Origin: Schmidtea polychroa
Lineage: Eukaryota
NCBI GenBank assembly: GCA_044892525.1
Contig: CM097887.1
Span: 81,012,397 to 81,076,396, forward strand
Reading direction: 5' to 3'
DNA length: 64,000 nt
The position numbers and the translations under genes are program-made. The stretch's first letter is position 1; the number at the start of each line of letters is the position of its first letter. The notes under the pieces were generated by a model. The model was not told where the DNA came from and did no database searches. It worked only from the letters and a program-made list of their open reading frames with translations. This document shows positions 11,054 to 23,925 of this stretch, one piece after another.

Positions 11054-12240
11054 AGCTGAGCAAATAAGTTTTCCCATAATTAAATCTTTGTCGATTTTAT
11101 ATTTATAATATTTTACTGTTATCTCGTCATGTTGTTTTACATACAAACGTTTGCATAAGGTTTTGGGAGGATTTATAAAGTTTTCACACATAGTACTTTG
11201 CTTCTTGCAAATCATTAGGTCTGTGACTTAATACTTTGCTCATTAGGTATCACCATTCATTGGTGTCAGATCAACACTAAATCCATATCTACCCAACCAA
11301 AAATCGGGACAGCGATTCTCAACCTGTGTACCGTGAGAAATTTGGAGGTGTGCCATGAAAACAATTCTAACATGCTAATAATTAATTATAATTGAAAACT
11401 CTACAAGAGTTATAAGTAGGGTAAAATGGGCATACAACACCAAGCCCCTCTCTTATTTTTATAAAGTGATCCAGTGGGGTAATCTCTAGGTATTGTAGAC
11501 GTTATGTAATATTTTGTCTGACTATAGCGAAGGGGTCTTTTGGAAGTTGGTAATTTATAATTTTGTTGGGTTATTGGGTTGGTAATAAAATTTAAATTTA
11601 ATGAATTGTTTCTGACTCCAAGCGTGTCTTTGACTGATCTACAAATAACTCTTGACAACAGAAATCTAAATTGATATTCACAAATAACTTTCACTTTACA
11701 CTGACAATCAATTCAACACTCTGCTCGGTGACTATACAATACTTATTACAACATTTCGTTAGGAATAGCACTTGTGTATAACACCGGATCTAAAGATTAC
11801 TAATTACGGATTGGTTTGTCGACCGGGACTTTGAGTTGGTTGTTTTCTTTGACCTTCTTTACAACTTTATTCAAATACTTAAATAACTTCTTTCGTTTAA
11901 TATTTCAACTAATTCTTTTCTTCAAATCTTCTTCGTCAATTATTCTTCACAAATCGTTTTCCCAATAACGTTTCGTCCGTTATACTAAAAACTTTAATTA
12001 AAATGATAACATTTGACAACTTTTATTTCAAAAACAATTGATTCATCTTGGATTTCTTCATCGTGTACCTCCATAACCACATAAATATCCATATAATGCC
12101 CATAAGCCAGACTTTTATTTTTCTCTACCCAAAGTCTTTTATCGTTCAAATTGGTAATTGATACTTTAAGATTTTTTATTGTAAATAAAATGTGGTTCTT
12201 ACTCACCATTCGCTATTGTTCTACAGAAACTACGGAGTTA

Positions 12241-12456
12241 TTAACCCATTAGATACTAATGTTCCCATTTGGGACGTCTCACATTTTATCGATTAATTCA
12301 TAGTTACCAACAATAATTTGCTAATTATTCGCATCACAAGTTTCTATACTCTGTGGTGCCCATCATTCACTTGACATTGTTGCCATTTGTGTTTATGTCT
12401 AAATATGTCTAAAATATGTCTAACAATACAGAAAAAAGTTATTACTCAATGGGTTA
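12241..12456. mobile_element. Possible piggyBac-type MITE
   Basis: TTAACCCATT at the left end and AATGGGTTAA at the right end: TTAA target plus CCC-starting TIR, only a 10-bp match. Confidence 0.35.
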
Positions 12457-14065
12457 AGCTAATAATGCAGGTACGACTGATATTTTATGTCAGTACCTTA
12501 CAATATTGATCTTTTGGGTTTCATTGATTCTTTCCCCTAACAAGCTATATCACTTAAGCCTAAGAAACACCCACTCCTTGTACTTAAACCCTTTATTCTC
12601 GTCTTTGAATTTACTAATGACTGAATCAAGGTTCCTACTGTACACTTCAGGAAGAAAAAGAAAATAAACTCTTGAAACCTTTTAGCTTGATAAGATATTT
12701 TTTTACTATATTAATGAGATAAGTGTTTCCATTCATGGTTGTCCAGTCACTATTACGGATGTAAATGAAATCTTGCAAATCTAACTGGGAATAAATTCTC
12801 TACGAAAAAATGGCGATGTGGAAATCCCGGAGTGCACTGAGATCCGACTTATTAGACAATCATCAAAGGAAGTTGAATTAGAACTTAACCGAGCGCCGGT
12901 TAGGAGTGGCCAAGTTAAAATGGTAGGATTCCAATAACCTTCCAGAAGATTGAAAATAATGTTTACCCAATGTTATTTGTGTAAAGAATATTTTATAAAT
13001 ATATTTAGTGTCAGAACTATTTTAGTTAAAATAATTATTGTCATTTTAATGCAATAAACTGGTTTTGATTATCTTGATGAAATTCAAAATTGAAAGCAAA
13101 ATTACTAAATAAAATTTACTTAAAATAACAAAAAAATAAACTGACCCGAAAGAAATTGTTTGATTCTAATTGGTTATTTCTTGCAGAAAATTCTTGATAA
13201 ATTATCCCAGGACTTTCTAGGATATTCAGAAGCGCCACGATTACAAAAATGAGAATATTTCATATTTAGGTCAATATTAACAAGTTCCAATATATAAATT
13301 TAGCATAGTGTCATTAGCGGAAAGTCGGTGCGAAAGGGTTAAAAAGTACTTATTTAACTGAAAATCAAAAGCACAAATTGACAAAAAAATTTCAATTAAA
13401 TGATAGAACAAAAAAAGTTTTAGAAAGGTGTTCGAGAAAAATAACAACTGCCAAAGCTTAGGCGTATTTTTTTAATAAAATTTCCAGTGTCATGGGAAAA
13501 TCAGGTATTTTTGAACACCTTTTGTCAGACACATTAATCGGACAAGTTTTATTTTAAAAAAGGTTCCTATCAGAAAAAGCGACCTGACACCGACTGTTAC
13601 AATATGCGTTGTCAGACACAAATCTTAGATTAATAATGTATTTTAAATATTGTTGACGTCGGAGGAGTCACTTTTGACTGACATGGTACTGAGAGTGTTA
13701 AACGAACTGGCTGCATTGATTATATACTTATCAAAAAATTAAATAGCTTTACCGACATTCTAAACATTTATTTACTGTGATTTGATGTAGTGCAAATCAC
13801 AATTTAATTTTGTTTATTGAAAAATTAAAAATATTTTTTAAGCATTGAAATATTTTTCTACAATAATTTTTAATTTTCTTTTTAATCAAACATTTTTTGA
13901 ATCTGCAAAAATTTTCTCTCGACACAGAGACATAAATAACCACTGATCTAGATAACCATTTAACATTACGTCATGCCCTGGCAAGGATGAAGGGTGCAAG
14001 CTCACAACATAACAGTTATTTTGATTTAGATTATTTATATAAATATTTCATCAATAAATATTCAA

Positions 14066-14362
14066 ATGAATGAAAATAATGATGATAATAATGAAACCAT
14101 TCCAATGAGAAGTACCAGCGAGCCGTATCTGGAAGTGACCCCACCAGACAAATTATTATTTCAAGGTATTTAGTATGAAACCTTTTGTCTAATTTAGTTG
14201 ATAATTGAGGATCATTCCGACATTCGATTAACGAAAGTATGATGTTAAAGAATGTTTCTGAGGACATGGTCAGATTCAAAATCAAGACAACAGCCCCGGC
14301 CAGTTATAAGGTTTATCCTAATTCAGGAGTAATAACAAGCAATGAAAGCGTCATCATTAACA
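14066..14362 (+). CDS. MSP-domain (VAP/MOSPD-like) gene, first two exons (14066-14165, 14210-14362)
   Basis: Spliced translation ...YLEVTPPDKLLFQGSFRHSINESMMLKNVSEDMVRFKIKTTAPASYKVYPNSGVI has the FKIKTTAP..Y.V.PNSG MSP signature. There is a 44-nt GT-AG intron and a donor GTACGT at 14363. Confidence 0.75.
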
Positions 14363-16959
14363 GTACGTGAAAGTTGGATTTATTTCTTTTTTCCTAATTT
14401 GAATTTTATGAGTCAATTGTTCTTAATGGGGAGTTTTTCCTGGAATATAAATGCCGTCAAATATTACGTCAAATGCCTTTTAATCTATTCGTAATCAGTG
14501 GTGTCCAGTAACCTTATCGCCAGGCGTTCTAGGAATGTGCGACCGGTTCCAATGTGTTGGGAATCACACAAATAAATTAACAGAAAATTGTGTTATAAGC
14601 TCATCGAAAATGGCAATTGTTTCCTTCTGAAGAAACTTTTCTTTTGATAGAGATTAACGGAAAATTTTATTCCACAAAATATGTGGATTAAAAAAAGTTT
14701 TATAATTTTTAAGGATCTACTTCCTTTTTTCTCCTCCAATAAAGATGGTATTTGTGTCCATTCATCTGCAATTGAGAAATACTACTGGCACAATCTGTAC
14801 ATTCAGATTCACGATTAAAACGTAAAATCTCCATAAACACAAAATTAGTATTATATTTATTCTTTGGTTTCACCTTTTTTCTTTTTTAATACAATAATTT
14901 TCATATTAATGGTGGGTTACAGCTAACCAGTGTTATACCCCTTCGTGCTGTTTCCAGAGTGACCCATAATACAATGGTTTACTTTACCATACGACACTAC
15001 GTTGAATTGTTTCAAATGGATGATTACTCTCGAAAATCGAGTGTACCTTTGTACACTATAATGGTCAAGTATTCGGCGGGTTCACGGACTATCGTTAGAA
15101 GGCATTTGCCAGTTTTACTTTCGGTTCCTTATTAATTCACTAAGATTTTCTTCGAATACTGTGAGCAAAGAGATCACTAACTAATATTTATATTTAGAAC
15201 AACATGTTACACGAGATATGTCGGATGCATTCGTATACATACTCTTCCTAGTTCAGTAACCGCCTCCATTTCCAATGACCTGGCGTCTCGCAATTCCCGT
15301 CGCCGTCTCTGGATTCTCTGCTCCACTGTAATTAAAAATTAATTAAGATAGGTTTATTTAACCTTTAGTTTGGAAGGCATTATGTGGGTGAGATTTCTTA
15401 ATCGTCGCCTAGATATAAATAACTGAAAAATGAAGATTTTCTAAGATTATTCAAATGTTACAACATCCGGCATTTCCATGGTCATTAAAGCACAATTTAA
15501 GTGTCCGATAAGTCGAGTCTCTTTGCACGCGCGTTGCCTTTCACGTTCCCTTTTCCCCGGTTTGTATTTCTTTTCAAGTCATACTCCCAGCAGTCTGGAT
15601 TTGGTCATTCTTTAGTCATTCTTAGATCCTTGGACGGGAAAGCTCGTGAGTCTACCATGCCCTGTTTTTCTACACTTCCAACTGGCGTATTCAAATTTTG
15701 TGTGTGCCTTTATTTCCAGTTTGATCCTTTGTGGCTTGTGACTGCAGCTGTTCGATGAACTTACATTTTAGTTTCATCGCGTTGGGAGCAAACAAACGTG
15801 CCATCATAAGTTCGACACCGGCTATTGAGTCTTTTGATTCACCCTAGGAAACTTTCCGCAAACGTAGTAGCGCATATTTTCCGCACCCATAAAAATAGTC
15901 TTGCACAGACCACAGAAAACAGGTCGGGTTCAGTTCTAGACTAATAAGTTGTAATAAGAAATCGTCAGGATAGGTTAAGAGAATTCTGATTACAGTCTAT
16001 GTAAAAAGATTATTGTGGCACTCAATCCCATTCTATGTTATTAGATTGATCGCAACTGATTTAATTCATTTTTGACATCTTTTTTCAGTGATCCATTACA
16101 TTTTAAATCATACACCAGTCAAATCAATCATATATCAACATCACATAACACTAAACCGATTTATTAACACAAAATGGAGATTTCGTGCTCGTGAGGGAGG
16201 TCATGGTGTTTCGGTTTGTGCCCAAGTGACCTCTTCTGGGATCTCTACTTCACAATTAAGGTTTGAAATCGAACTTCTGCTCGTGATCTTCGAGACGTTG
16301 ATGTTCTACGTCTGTATCTGGGTTCCATCGCGGATGTCTTTCTCCTCGCGGCGCTTCCTGGACTGCATGAATTGCTCTTAACCGGGTTGATCGCGCGTGA
16401 TTCAGCATGGGCTCTCTTTTAAGGACGACCATTGGAATGTCTCAGGTCAATGGTGTCCAGCTCCTGTATCGTTGATCATTAGTTTCGAAGCGATATCCTC
16501 GGTCCCAGATTCCCATATACCTCCAATTCTGTCTGCTCAATCTGACTCACCGTGGTCCTGCATTCGCTTTACCTGTAACATAAATGATCAGTTTACCATT
16601 ACAAAATACTTCATCCTTTATTTCGTCAATTTATACACCAAACACCGCTGAGATACGTTTCCTATAATATAAGAAAAAAATCAATAATCTTACATTATAG
16701 AAACATACATACTTACTTTGATTTCACGCTGATCTCACGATCGCTGAAAATGTTTTTAAATGTATTTTTAAAGAAACTATTGTCATGAAAATGACGAAAT
16801 ATTATCGTAAGAATTATTTTTGAGTTAAAATTAAGTTAAATATTCATTAGAATTTAGAAATGTTTAGAATGTTTTAGAAATATTTTAAAAAAATACATTT
16901 TTGGCTATTGATTTAATTATTTAATTATAATTAAAAATATATCTGACTTACATTTTATC

Positions 16960-17520
16960 GAAATAATTCCAAAATAATTATAAAATAAATTTCATAAAAT
17001 TCCTAAAAACCTGAAAATTAATTAAAAATAATTTATAACACAAATGTTGACTAAAAGAAATATTTAAGAACTTAAATAATGATCTCATATCTATATAGAC
17101 TATATGTACCCAAGTTTGTGTGCGCTTTCTTATCTATTTTTCTAATCTGCATCCTACCACTGCCACGTTTCAGATTATATTCTAAAATTGTCGGTGGGTC
17201 AGTGTGCGGCAAAGCTCTACTGTTCCCCACACAGGTTCTGATAAATTTTCACTACACCAAACACTACTGAAATACATTCTCTATAGTGGTGGTTGGCGTT
17301 GCTCACCAATTTAATGAATTTCATCATATTTTGGAAATTTATTTTAGCCATTTTACAAATGGCTTTCAGGTAAGATGTTAAGTTTTAAGTAAATTTTAAG
17401 ACCATATAGATATGAGATCATTATTCAAGTTCTTAAATATTACTTTTAATCAGCAGTATAATTATAAATAATTTTTTATTAATTTTCAGTTTTTTTAGGA
17501 ATTTTATGACCTTTATTTTT
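16960..17520. repeat. AT-rich foldback element with ~130-bp inverted arms
   Basis: TATTTAAGAACTTAAATAATGATCTCATATCTATA (~17060) and its reverse complement (~17405). Related sequence occurs near 59590 and 61390. Confidence 0.6.
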
Positions 17521-19779
17521 AAATATCAAATCTGGATTGAAAAGACATTGAACCAAATTCATCTGCTCTTGATAATTTCATTAAAAATATATTTAAATAA
17601 ATTTTCAGCGATCTTTTTTTTCTAAAAATTGTCTAAAATAAAGTTATTATAGAAACGTATCTCAGCAGTGCATTTCTATGAATCAAAAGTTTGTATGTAT
17701 TTTAGTATATGTTTTGCTAGTGTACAGTTTTTTAATTTTTCTTCCACTTTTTAGATTTCTAAAGTACACCTGTTTGCACTGAATAAACGCATCCTATAAT
17801 GTAAAAATAAAATCAATACGTGTATATTATATAAACATACAAACTTACATGTGTGTTGATTTTTAGCGTTGCAATGTACAAACGCATTTAATATAGAAAG
17901 TGAGAAAGTGGTAGAAAAAATAAACTGACACACAAAAACACAACATATAGTAATATATGCATGCAAATTTTCGATATGTAGAATCGTTGTAATGAATAAA
18001 CGCACTATAATAAATTATTTACAGATATCTTTAGAATTTTTTTAAAAAAAATGAATGAAAATATTTTTAACGAAAATTCCGAAAACTCAACTTTGAGTTC
18101 TATAGATAATGAAGACATTATTTCGTATGATTTATATTAAATTTTTAATAAATTTAATAGTTTTTTGTATTTCACATTGCCCTGAAATCTCAACTTTGCC
18201 GTCCGATGTTGGGAAAAAACTAGAAAATCGTAAATTTAATTAACCTAAATTTAAAAATTAATTTTTTTATAGATTTTTATAATTTCGGGCGATTATTAGG
18301 AATTCGCAAAGAATCAATCAGAAATATAATTTATAAATATAAAAGATTTAATAAACTGCATTAATAAATTAATAAGTTTTATTTGTTACTTAATTACTTA
18401 ATAAAATAATAATAAAACTCACATTATATTGAAATAATTCCAAATAATAATAATAACATCTAAAACTCCTGAAAAATTAATTAAAAATAATTTATAATAA
18501 AAAATGTTGATAAAAAGTATTATTTAAAGTATTATTCAATATTCAAGCCCTAAAGTTTACTTTAAATAAAAATAAATTACTTGAAAGCCATTTCTAAAAT
18601 GGCTAAATACAGATAGCTAAGTAGTTGAATGCATGTAGTAAAATTAACCACATGCCTTCCAAAAAATTTTATCACAAAGAATGACTCATCTATAATTGGT
18701 TGTACATACCAACCCATATTATAGATGCGTTTATTCAGTGCAAATGGGTGGTATAAGATGCATCTCAGTGCACTATAAATGAGAACATCAGCATGAAATC
18801 AAAGTAAGTATGTATGTTTCTATAATGTAAGATTATTGATTTTGTTCTTATATTATAGGAAACGGTTCTCAGCGGTGTTTGGTAATACGCTCACATCCAC
18901 TTATCGGAACTTTTCAATTCCATTTATTGTAACTAATTTGATGAAAATCAATCAATTTGACCAATGTTAGAATTTAGTTTATTCCTGAATGGTTGGACAT
19001 TCGTCATCAAAATTAGCTCATCCGAAGCCGTATTGAATATGGTCGGCCTGAGGACTCCTTTCGCCGAGCCTTCATCGAACTATCTTTGCGTTCATCGTCG
19101 CCCACGTGTTTGATGAATCAGTAAAATTCATTTTTCAAAGTTTTCGTACGGTAGTTCCCGAAAGTTTAACTGGTATAAATGATTTCAAGTGTGTGGTGAT
19201 TGTTATTTGTTCCTGATCTTGAACTTCGGTAACGAATTGAATAAAACTTGTTGTCGATTTGATTTTAATGGCAAGTAAGTTTATTTTGCTAGTCGGTACT
19301 ATGTGGTTGAGGACGTAAATTCAGGCAGAATTTTTAGATGATTTTACTTAATTGGATTTATCTTTGAATTAGGTGTTTCATAACTGTCAGTTCCTGCGGA
19401 GTTCCTTCAAACCTGATGTAATGCCATGCTTCATAAACTTTGCGCAGGGATACGCCCATATTTTTTGTATTTTGAAAGTTCGGTTTTAAGTTTTCTACAA
19501 TATTGATATTGTTCACTGTGTTTAAATTTTTGAGCAGGGACCCTCCCTTGTTTTTCTGTTTTAAAAATTCGGTTTTATGTTTTCTGAGATAATAATATTA
19601 AACTAAAAAGTTTGAATCAGTTCCTGATCTCCCTATTTAAATTTAAATTCTGCTGGTTAATATTTTGCGGTTACTCGTCCTACCTTTCGTGAGCTTGGCA
19701 CAGAAACGTGAAGGCTTTCCACTTGTAGATACCCAAGCGTTAGAGCATTTCCCATTCACTAGCTAATGTTCACCGTGGG

Positions 19780-20560
19780 AACAAGGAGTCAAAGTATGAA
19801 CTGTGCAGATAAACTGCATACAACTCGTAAGCCGAGACTTTTCATTTTACTGATTTGCGGTTTCGTGTAGTGGCTAAGGGCTGAAAAGTTTAGAATTTTA
19901 GTCGTTGACATTGATCTCGCTTTAAATATATAAAAACAAAAATCAGTAACAACTATGTTCGTAGAAGAACCACAATCGCGCAGCATCTTCAAAACGACCA
20001 GGATGATAAACTTCTGGAGTTCCAAATGTTTGTCCTAAAATTGAAAAAAGAACGCAAGTTGGAAATGCCGAACAAACACCCCTGACTTTAATAAACGTGA
20101 ATGGTGAAAAAACTGTGTCAATTCGAACAGCTGGACACGAGAAGTCTCACTTCACTGTCATGCCGGCAAGTACCGCAGATGGATGAAATTTGCCGCCGTA
20201 CATCTTTTTAAAGAGTAAGACCCTTCCAAAACTACAATTTACAAAAGGTGTACACATCTGTGTCCATGATAAGGCCTGGATGGTTGAAGCATTGACTATT
20301 GATTGATTGAAATGCGTTTGGTGGCATCGTACAAATGGTCTACGAAAATTACCTTTCATGTTGGTGCTCGATTCGTTTTGGTGTCATCGGATGCCTTCTA
20401 TTCAAAGGGAAATGAACCAAATAAAGTCGAATCTGTTCATTATTCCGGATGGCATGACCCGCCTATTTCAACCTTTAGACGTTTCTGTCAACAAGCCGAT
20501 GAAAGAACCTATCCGTCGTAAATGGAATGCTTGGTTATGCGTAGGTAATCACACATATGA
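19780..20560 (+). pseudogene. pogo/POGK-like DDE_1 transposase remnant
   Basis: Frameshifted motifs TAGHEKSHFTVM, HDKAWM, MLVLDSF.CHRMPSI and GMTRLFQPLDVSVNKPMKE. Confidence 0.85.
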
Positions 20561-20835
20561 CAGGTGGCTGTATGTGTCAACACTTTTTTTGTTATTTAGT
20601 TTTTATTTTATTTTCTAATTTTTATATTTTATTAATATTTTAATTAAATTCGCCGTCATGATGGATATGGTCATTTTCTAGAATAATCTATGGTATTTTA
20701 ATAGTTTTATTGTATGATTCTTATTTCTTTTAAATTTTAGGTTATTTTCTCATTAAAATATTGGCTTAATTTACTATAATTTGCTTATTTTAAATTATTA
20801 CCTCAATGTCTCAATTGTCATCGATTCCTTAAAAT

Positions 20836-22011
20836 TGTAATTGCATAATTAAATTTGTTTTAATATGCAGATTTTGTGATAAAAATAGAAGTTAAAAAAC
20901 GATGTGATTTCCTTGTGTCAATAAAACTACAAGCTATCGCGGCCATATCATGGACAAGATGATACCTATTTTCAATGGAGAAGGTGACGTTCAACAGTGG
21001 ATTCAGAAAGTGAAGCTAGTGGCAAAAATTCAATTCTTTACACTTGAGGATGTAAATGCCATAATTAGTGAATGTTCAGAATGTCAATCTATCGATCCGG
21101 CGCCTGTAAAATGGGAGCATGGAGAGTTGAGCGTTAAGGAGACGTGGAAGAGACTGGCTATGGATGTTACACACTATCTAAGTAAGCTTTATTTAACTAT
21201 GATTAATTGTGAACCGGGTCGTTTTGCTCTGTGGAGAGAAATAAGAGGTGAAGACGCGGAGACCATTACACGGAATCTTGAACAGATCTTTAGAGAACGA
21301 GGTTCCCCTGATGAGCTGTTGATTGATAATGCGACATCATGAAAGTACTGTGTCGCAAATGGGGTATGAAATGTGTGTTTCGATGTGCTTATTGACCATC
21401 AGTAAACGGCATAATAGAACCGAACCATCGTACAATTAAACGCATAGCAGCAAGAAGCAACAATGGAATATTGGAAATGGTATATTGGTATAACCTAGCA
21501 CCCGATGACAAGTGCGGAACGCCGCCATCTTCATCCGTGTTTTCATATTGCTGGAAAGGAGTTGGCGCTTGTTATACAGAAGAGAAGATACAGGACACGT
21601 CGATCCAAGTTGGCGATGCAGTTTACGTTAAACCACCAAACGCGAAGTGCACATCGACATGGGGTGAAGGGATTGTAACGAAGGTAAATTCATCGACTAA
21701 TTTCGACATCAATGGGATTCCGCGACACTATTCCGACATACGACCGGCTGTCAACGAAGCGTCAGTGGAGAACAACGACGATGATGGATTAACAGGCGTA
21801 GACACTCCTATACTCAACTCACTGCGCCGAGATGAACGTAGAGGCAGGACGAAAAGACCTCGATATGATTTTGAAACCAGTTTTATCGAGAACGAAGATG
21901 AAAATCACTCGGAGATGTAATTGCATAATTAAATTTGTTTTAATGTGCAGATTTTGTGATAAAAATAGAAGTTAAAAAACGTTGTGATTTCCTTGTGTCA
22001 ATAAAACTACA
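20836..22011 (+). mobile_element. Internally deleted mini LTR retrotransposon (TRIM-like, 1176 bp)
   Basis: 96-bp direct repeats at 20836-20931 and 21916-22011 (TG...CA, 2 mismatches) with a 5-bp TSD AAAAT. Internally, a gag start is fused to a disrupted Gypsy integrase (CSECQ, WKRLAMDVTHY, ERGSPDELLIDNATS, NGIIE). Confidence 0.85.
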
Positions 22012-22019
22012 AAAATCTA

Positions 22020-22310
22020 TTACTTTTTTTAAATATTACACTAATTTATTTAATTTTTAATTATTACCTCTATTTCTCGAATGTCACCTATTCATCAAAA
22101 TCTATTATTTTTTTTAAATATTATACTAATTTACTTAAATTTACTTAATTTTAAATTATTACCAAAATTTCACATGGCATCAATTCATCAAAACATTTGA
22201 CCAAAATAAAATCGTTTACTAATTTTTTAAATATTAATTTACTTTAATTTACTTTAATTTAAAATAATTACCAGAATTTCACGTGGCCATTTACTTCATC
22301 AAAGTATTTG
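22020..22310. repeat. Degenerate AT-rich tandem repeat (~90-100 bp unit)
   Basis: Repeated TAATTT..TTAATTTT.AATTATTACC...CATCAAAA units. A similar unit lies left of 20836. Confidence 0.5.
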
Positions 22311-23568
22311 ACCATAAATTCTTGTACAAAAATCTAGAGACCTTAAAATGCTTTGGCATTTTTAATGAGATCTGGATTTTGTAGAGAAAAAATCTATCCC
22401 GTCAAAGAGACCTCCTCACTATAGTGTGAATCGGAAAAAATATAGTGTATCCCCGACAACAATGAAAAATACCCTGTCGCCACCAGCAGAAATTAAAAAA
22501 AATTTTCTATGGGTGGTTGTGCTACTGGGGGCTACTAACTACCTACTATAGATCAAAACAATATATAAGTAACAAAATATTTTAACACACCCTTTATCAA
22601 TTGTGTATTTTTGATAATAAAAAATAAAAGATAAAAATAAAATTTTAGCAAAAAGACTTAAAAAATTATCAACAAAGGAACGAAAATATATGAAAAATCG
22701 CTAAATTCTATGAGGAACAACGGAAATTTGCCAGTCGAATAATAATTTAAATAAATAATTTGTGGGTAACAAAATTTAATGAATTAGGCATGTTTTAAGT
22801 GGTAGGAATGAATTGTATACCCTGTTACATTGGAAACATACACTGGAGACATCAGAATGATGTAATTTTGTTAACCTGTAACCTTCAAAAACATTACCTA
22901 ATCACAGTAGAATTTAGTAACTTACAAATTAGAAGTTATAAAATTATACAATAAACACGTTTTTTATTTGAAAAAGTAATTGTTATAAGGTTTCAGGTAA
23001 CCCCTATTGGGGTATCAACCTACAGGTTGGGTATCACTGGCTTGTAAACTGAACTCTAAACCATGCGCCAACTGAATATTATTTCATGCCACCTTCATAT
23101 TAACTGTTTTTAAATTTCAGCTCATATATATTATAAATGAAAAGGAGCTCTGCTTTTTTATTCTGAATAATTTACATATTTTAACACATTGTGATATTGC
23201 ATTTGTCGTTCAGTTGCCCTTCAGCCATTTGAATATCGAGAAGATCAGGTTTACAGGCACAAGTTCAAGGTGTTCTCGGTGCTGGCCAGTGACAGAAATG
23301 AGATAGGCGATGTTAGTAAGAGTAATTCGATGATAAGAATGATTAACTATAATAAATTTATTGAGCTTCACCATTAAATTTATAATTATTAAAAGTTATT
23401 TTTCTTGGCAGGAAATTTTAAAGTAATTTTAAATTGTAATAATAATTATAATTGTGACACAACCTTTATTTTGATGGGATCCATATGGGAACTGATCTCA
23501 AATTTATCCCCTACGGCCCTGTCCACATTAATTATATTCTTGGTTTTACAATATTCATTGCTTTAGGC

Positions 23569-23925
23569 CAGTGCTTTCCAACTTTTTCATGCTTGTGACA
23601 CACTTTTTAGACTTCCATCATTTCGCGACACAGCAAATCAGTTTTACCAGAAAACCAGACGTCATACAACTTACGCCATATGGTAAACCGTTATACAAGA
23701 GACCATGAAACATATTTAAAAATAAATATCGAATTCCAACGATTAACTAATAAATAAGGTAAACAAGCGTTCTTGCATCTAAAACACGACGGACTATATA
23801 TGTGTATTGTATTTCAGTCTAACAATCGTTAAAAAGTTTATAAAATTAAGGGACTCTGTGGCTTTTCACTATGTTCACGCGACACACCTATGCAGCTCTG
23901 CCGACACACCAGTTGGAAAGCTCTG
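23569..23925. mobile_element. hAT (Charlie-like) MITE
   Basis: TIRs CAGTGCTTTCCAAC / GTTGGAAAGCTCTG (13/14 match) and a perfect 8-bp TSD CTTTAGGC. Confidence 0.9.

Noticed and set aside
11410-12380. Minus-strand ORFs 11410-11694 and 11994-12209 as one readthrough gene
   Set aside because: The stop density is close to what random AT-rich DNA gives, and there are no recognisable motifs.
15000-16650. GC-richer minus-strand R/S-rich stretch with a zinc-knuckle-like piece
   Set aside because: It is probably decayed coding sequence, but no consistent frame or identifiable family was found.
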